Shown: one piece after another, positions 61,988-64,000 of the stretch
How positions within the stretch are numbered: position 1 is the stretch's first letter
How the letters are laid out: every line of letters starts with the position of its first letter
Assembly (NCBI GenBank): GCA_963715635.1
Contig: OY970261.1
Location: 1,920,711-1,984,710 of the forward strand
Direction of reading: 5' to 3'
DNA from: Candidatus Aminicenantes bacterium
GTDB taxonomy: Bacteria > Acidobacteriota > Aminicenantia > Aminicenantales > UBA4085
DNA: 64,000 nt
Translations under genes and position numbers: made by a program
The notes under the pieces: generated by a model
Databases searched by the model: none
What the model was told of the DNA's origin: nothing
What the model saw: the letters and a program-made list of their open reading frames with translations, nothing else

Positions 61988-64000
61988 CTAAAACGTGGTT
62001 CCAATCGCAAACCGGAATGCGAAATTGGAATCGGTGCTATAGATACGCTTGTTATTATACGCAAAAATCAGCCGGAAAGGAACTCGCAGGGCCGGAACGA
62101 AGATGCGCGCCTCGATCCCCGCCGAGGAGAACATATTGGCCCAGCTCACACGCTCCTCCCGGCCATAAGCGTTGCCCCGGTCATAGAAGGCGATCAAGTA
62201 GAGCGGGCCGCCGACCTGGAGGGTATATTCGGCGTTCATGACAAACTGCTTCTCGCCTCCGATCATCGTGCCCTCGGAGCTCCTCGGACCGATCGAATAG
62301 ATCTCATAGCCTCGGATATTCCGCTCCCCGCCAAGATAAAACTTCTCCCAAAAGGGAATCTGAGAGTTCCTCAGGGGCTTGATGTAGGAATACTCGATGT
62401 GAAAGCCGATAGTGTGGCCTTTGGCGATCGGCTGGAAGTGGGTGAATTCGAAGCGCGGCTTGTAGAGATGAATCTCGCCGCCCAAGAACGTCCCGGCATA
62501 TTTGAGCGAGGCCAAAATCATCGTCCCGCTGGTGGGAGTCAGGGGGCTATCGACCGTCGAACGGTAAAGGGTCGGACTGATGGAGCTCATATAGTACTTG
62601 CCCAGCCCATACATCTGGTAGTAGATGGGGTCGATGTATGAGGTCAAGGCCGTCCCTGCGGCAACACTATCGGGATTCTCCTGGGTCGATGGAAGCTTGA
62701 TATCCACATAGTCGAGGCTGTAGGTTAGGCTCCCCCGCGCCCACCCAAACAGGCGCGAACCCGCCGTAAGATCGATCCCCCTATCTTTCCTGTCGTACAG
62801 ATAAGGATAGATGACAGAACGATCATAGACGTTGAAGCCCAGGCTGATGGGATTGTCCAGGAAATAGGGCTCGCTGAATCCGAATGAGTAATTTTGGATG
62901 CGCGCCCCGTATTGGGCGGTGATATCCAAGGTTTCTCCTGCGCCCAGGAAATTGACCGTCGAATAGCTCACGGCGATGAACGTCCCCTCGTAGCCGGAAT
63001 AGCCGGCCGTAAACTGGATGTTGTTCCTCTGCAATTCCTTGAGATAAAGGGTGATATCGAATTGGGTCGGGTCGCTGGCCATCGGCTTGATATCCGGGTC
63101 TTTTTCTATATCGACGAGTCCCAGCTGCTTGACCCGGAGGACGCTGTCCTTGAACAGGGCCAGGCTGAATCGGTCTCCTTCCCGGACGAGCAGCTCTCGG
63201 CGGATGACCTTGTCTTTGGTGTAGATATTGCCCTTGATGTCAAGTCGGTGGATATAGGTAATCTCGCCTTCCATGATATTATAAGTGACGTTGACGACCT
63301 TGTTCTTCGGGTCCAGGTTTTCCACGGGGATGATCTGGCCGTACCAGAAACCGTAGTTCCTCATCAATTCGCCTAGGTCCTCGACGCTCTTTTCCCTGAC
63401 CTTGGTGCTATAGATCTCCCCTTTTTTGAACTTGATATAGCTCAAAATGCCCGGGGTGGTGAAGGCTTTATTCCCTTCGACCTTGACCTCCCCCACCTTG
63501 TAGAGGTAGCCGGCGTTGACCGGGACCGTGATCTTCATCATCATCCGTTTTTTTGAGAACGGCCAAAAGGTCTTTTTGGTGACCTCTTCGATCTTCGGTT
63601 CGCCGACCGTGGCCTCCATATATCCGTTTTCCTGAAGTTTCTTCTTGACCGAGGCCATATCATCGGTAAGCTTGCCCAGCTTGTAGACGTCCTTCGCCGT
63701 CACCCAAGACAGGACGCTGTGCTGCTGGTTTTCCTTCATAGCTTCCCGCAGAATGCTCTGGGGGAGCTTGGGCCTTCCCACGAAATCGACTTCCCCGACC
63801 CTAACTTTCGGCCCCTCATCGACCTTGAACACGACATCGACTTCGTTTTTACCCTTTTTAGCGGCCTCCACATCGACTTTGGCAGCGCCCAGGCCTTTCT
63901 CCGTCAGAAGGTCCTCGATCGTCCTCTTGACTTTCTGGATCTTGTAAGGGCTGTAATAGGAATAGGGCAGAATGTATTCGTCTTTTTCCTTCAGCTTATT
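61988..64000 (-). CDS. bamA: Outer membrane protein assembly factor BamA (partial; N-terminal POTRA region continues beyond the window)
   Basis: The frame stays open from the GTG at 63871 to nt 64000. POTRA-like units are followed by a beta-barrel ending ...FRFAIGTTF, with the C-terminal aromatic residue typical of OMPs. Confidence 0.85.
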   Translation of the reverse strand, partial: NKLKEKDEYILPYSYYSPYKIQKVKRTIEDLLTEKGLGAAKVDVEAAKKGKNEVDVVFKVDEGPKVRVGEVDFVGRPKLPQSILREAMKENQQHSVLSWVTAKDVYKLGKLTDDMASVKKKLQENGYMEATVGEPKIEEVTKKTFWPFSKKRMMMKITVPVNAGYLYKVGEVKVEGNKAFTTPGILSYIKFKKGEIYSTKVREKSVEDLGELMRNYGFWYGQIIPVENLDPKNKVVNVTYNIMEGEITYIHRLDIKGNIYTKDKVIRRELLVREGDRFSLALFKDSVLRVKQLGLVDIEKDPDIKPMASDPTQFDITLYLKELQRNNIQFTAGYSGYEGTFIAVSYSTVNFLGAGETLDITAQYGARIQNYSFGFSEPYFLDNPISLGFNVYDRSVIYPYLYDRKDRGIDLTAGSRLFGWARGSLTYSLDYVDIKLPSTQENPDSVAAGTALTSYIDPIYYQMYGLGKYYMSSISPTLYRSTVDSPLTPTSGTMILASLKYAGTFLGGEIHLYKPRFEFTHFQPIAKGHTIGFHIEYSYIKPLRNSQIPFWEKFYLGGERNIRGYEIYSIGPRSSEGTMIGGEKQFVMNAEYTLQVGGPLYLIAFYDRGNAYGREERVSWANMFSSAGIEARIFVPALRVPFRLIFAYNNKRIYSTDSNFAFRFAIGTTF

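Noticed and set aside
1-64000. A search for rRNA, tRNA, tmRNA, CRISPR arrays, integrases, transposases, toxin-antitoxin pairs and known defence genes.
   Set aside because: No intergenic region exceeds about 310 bp. I saw no regularly spaced short repeats and no cloverleaf-compatible segments, and no ORF carries recombinase or nuclease hallmarks I could recognise. Absence by eye is not proof; tRNAscan-SE, Infernal and CRISPR finders should confirm.

Overview
This is a densely coding 64-kb chromosomal window from a diderm bacterium. It carries a bamA-skp-fabZ-lpxA-lpxI lipid A and outer-membrane cluster at its 3' end. GC is roughly 55-60% by eye. A guess of an uncultivated Acidobacteriota- or Aminicenantes-like lineage is inference only. 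I support about 50 protein genes on both strands and see no rRNA, tRNA, CRISPR array, transposase or integrase.

The content is dominated by secreted or exported hydrolases: Tat-signal TldD plus PmbA, an M24B Xaa-Pro aminopeptidase, an M28 peptidase, an M14 carboxypeptidase-like giant, a DUF1028 Ntn-hydrolase, an amidohydrolase-CIA30 fusion, an alpha/beta hydrolase and a beta-lactamase-fold protein. It also holds two APC amino-acid permeases, threonine catabolism (tdh, kbl), pfkA, pyrE, mscL, an Fe-siderophore/B12-type ABC importer, a sigma54 enhancer-binding protein and a Ser/Thr kinase-TPR protein.

The most unusual region is 28.7-38.3 kb:
- A promoter-led minus-strand operon of three very large envelope proteins: a DUF4352-like secreted protein, then a coiled-coil/TM/transglutaminase-fold protein with Ser in place of the nucleophilic Cys, then a 4xPPC + alpha/alpha-toroid + VWA protein of 1133 aa.
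- Next to it sits an O-methyltransferase gene bracketed by about 50-bp direct repeats that duplicate the 3' end of the VWA gene.

Other notable items are an adenylating enzyme - carrier protein - Kbl cassette, a FakA(N+middle)-DegV single-chain fusion, an IPCT/DIPPS-like pair and a beta-lactamase-fold protein lacking SxxK. Four genes are split by apparent 1-nt frame disruptions, one of them at an A6 run. All domain calls were made by eye from the translations; no searches were run.
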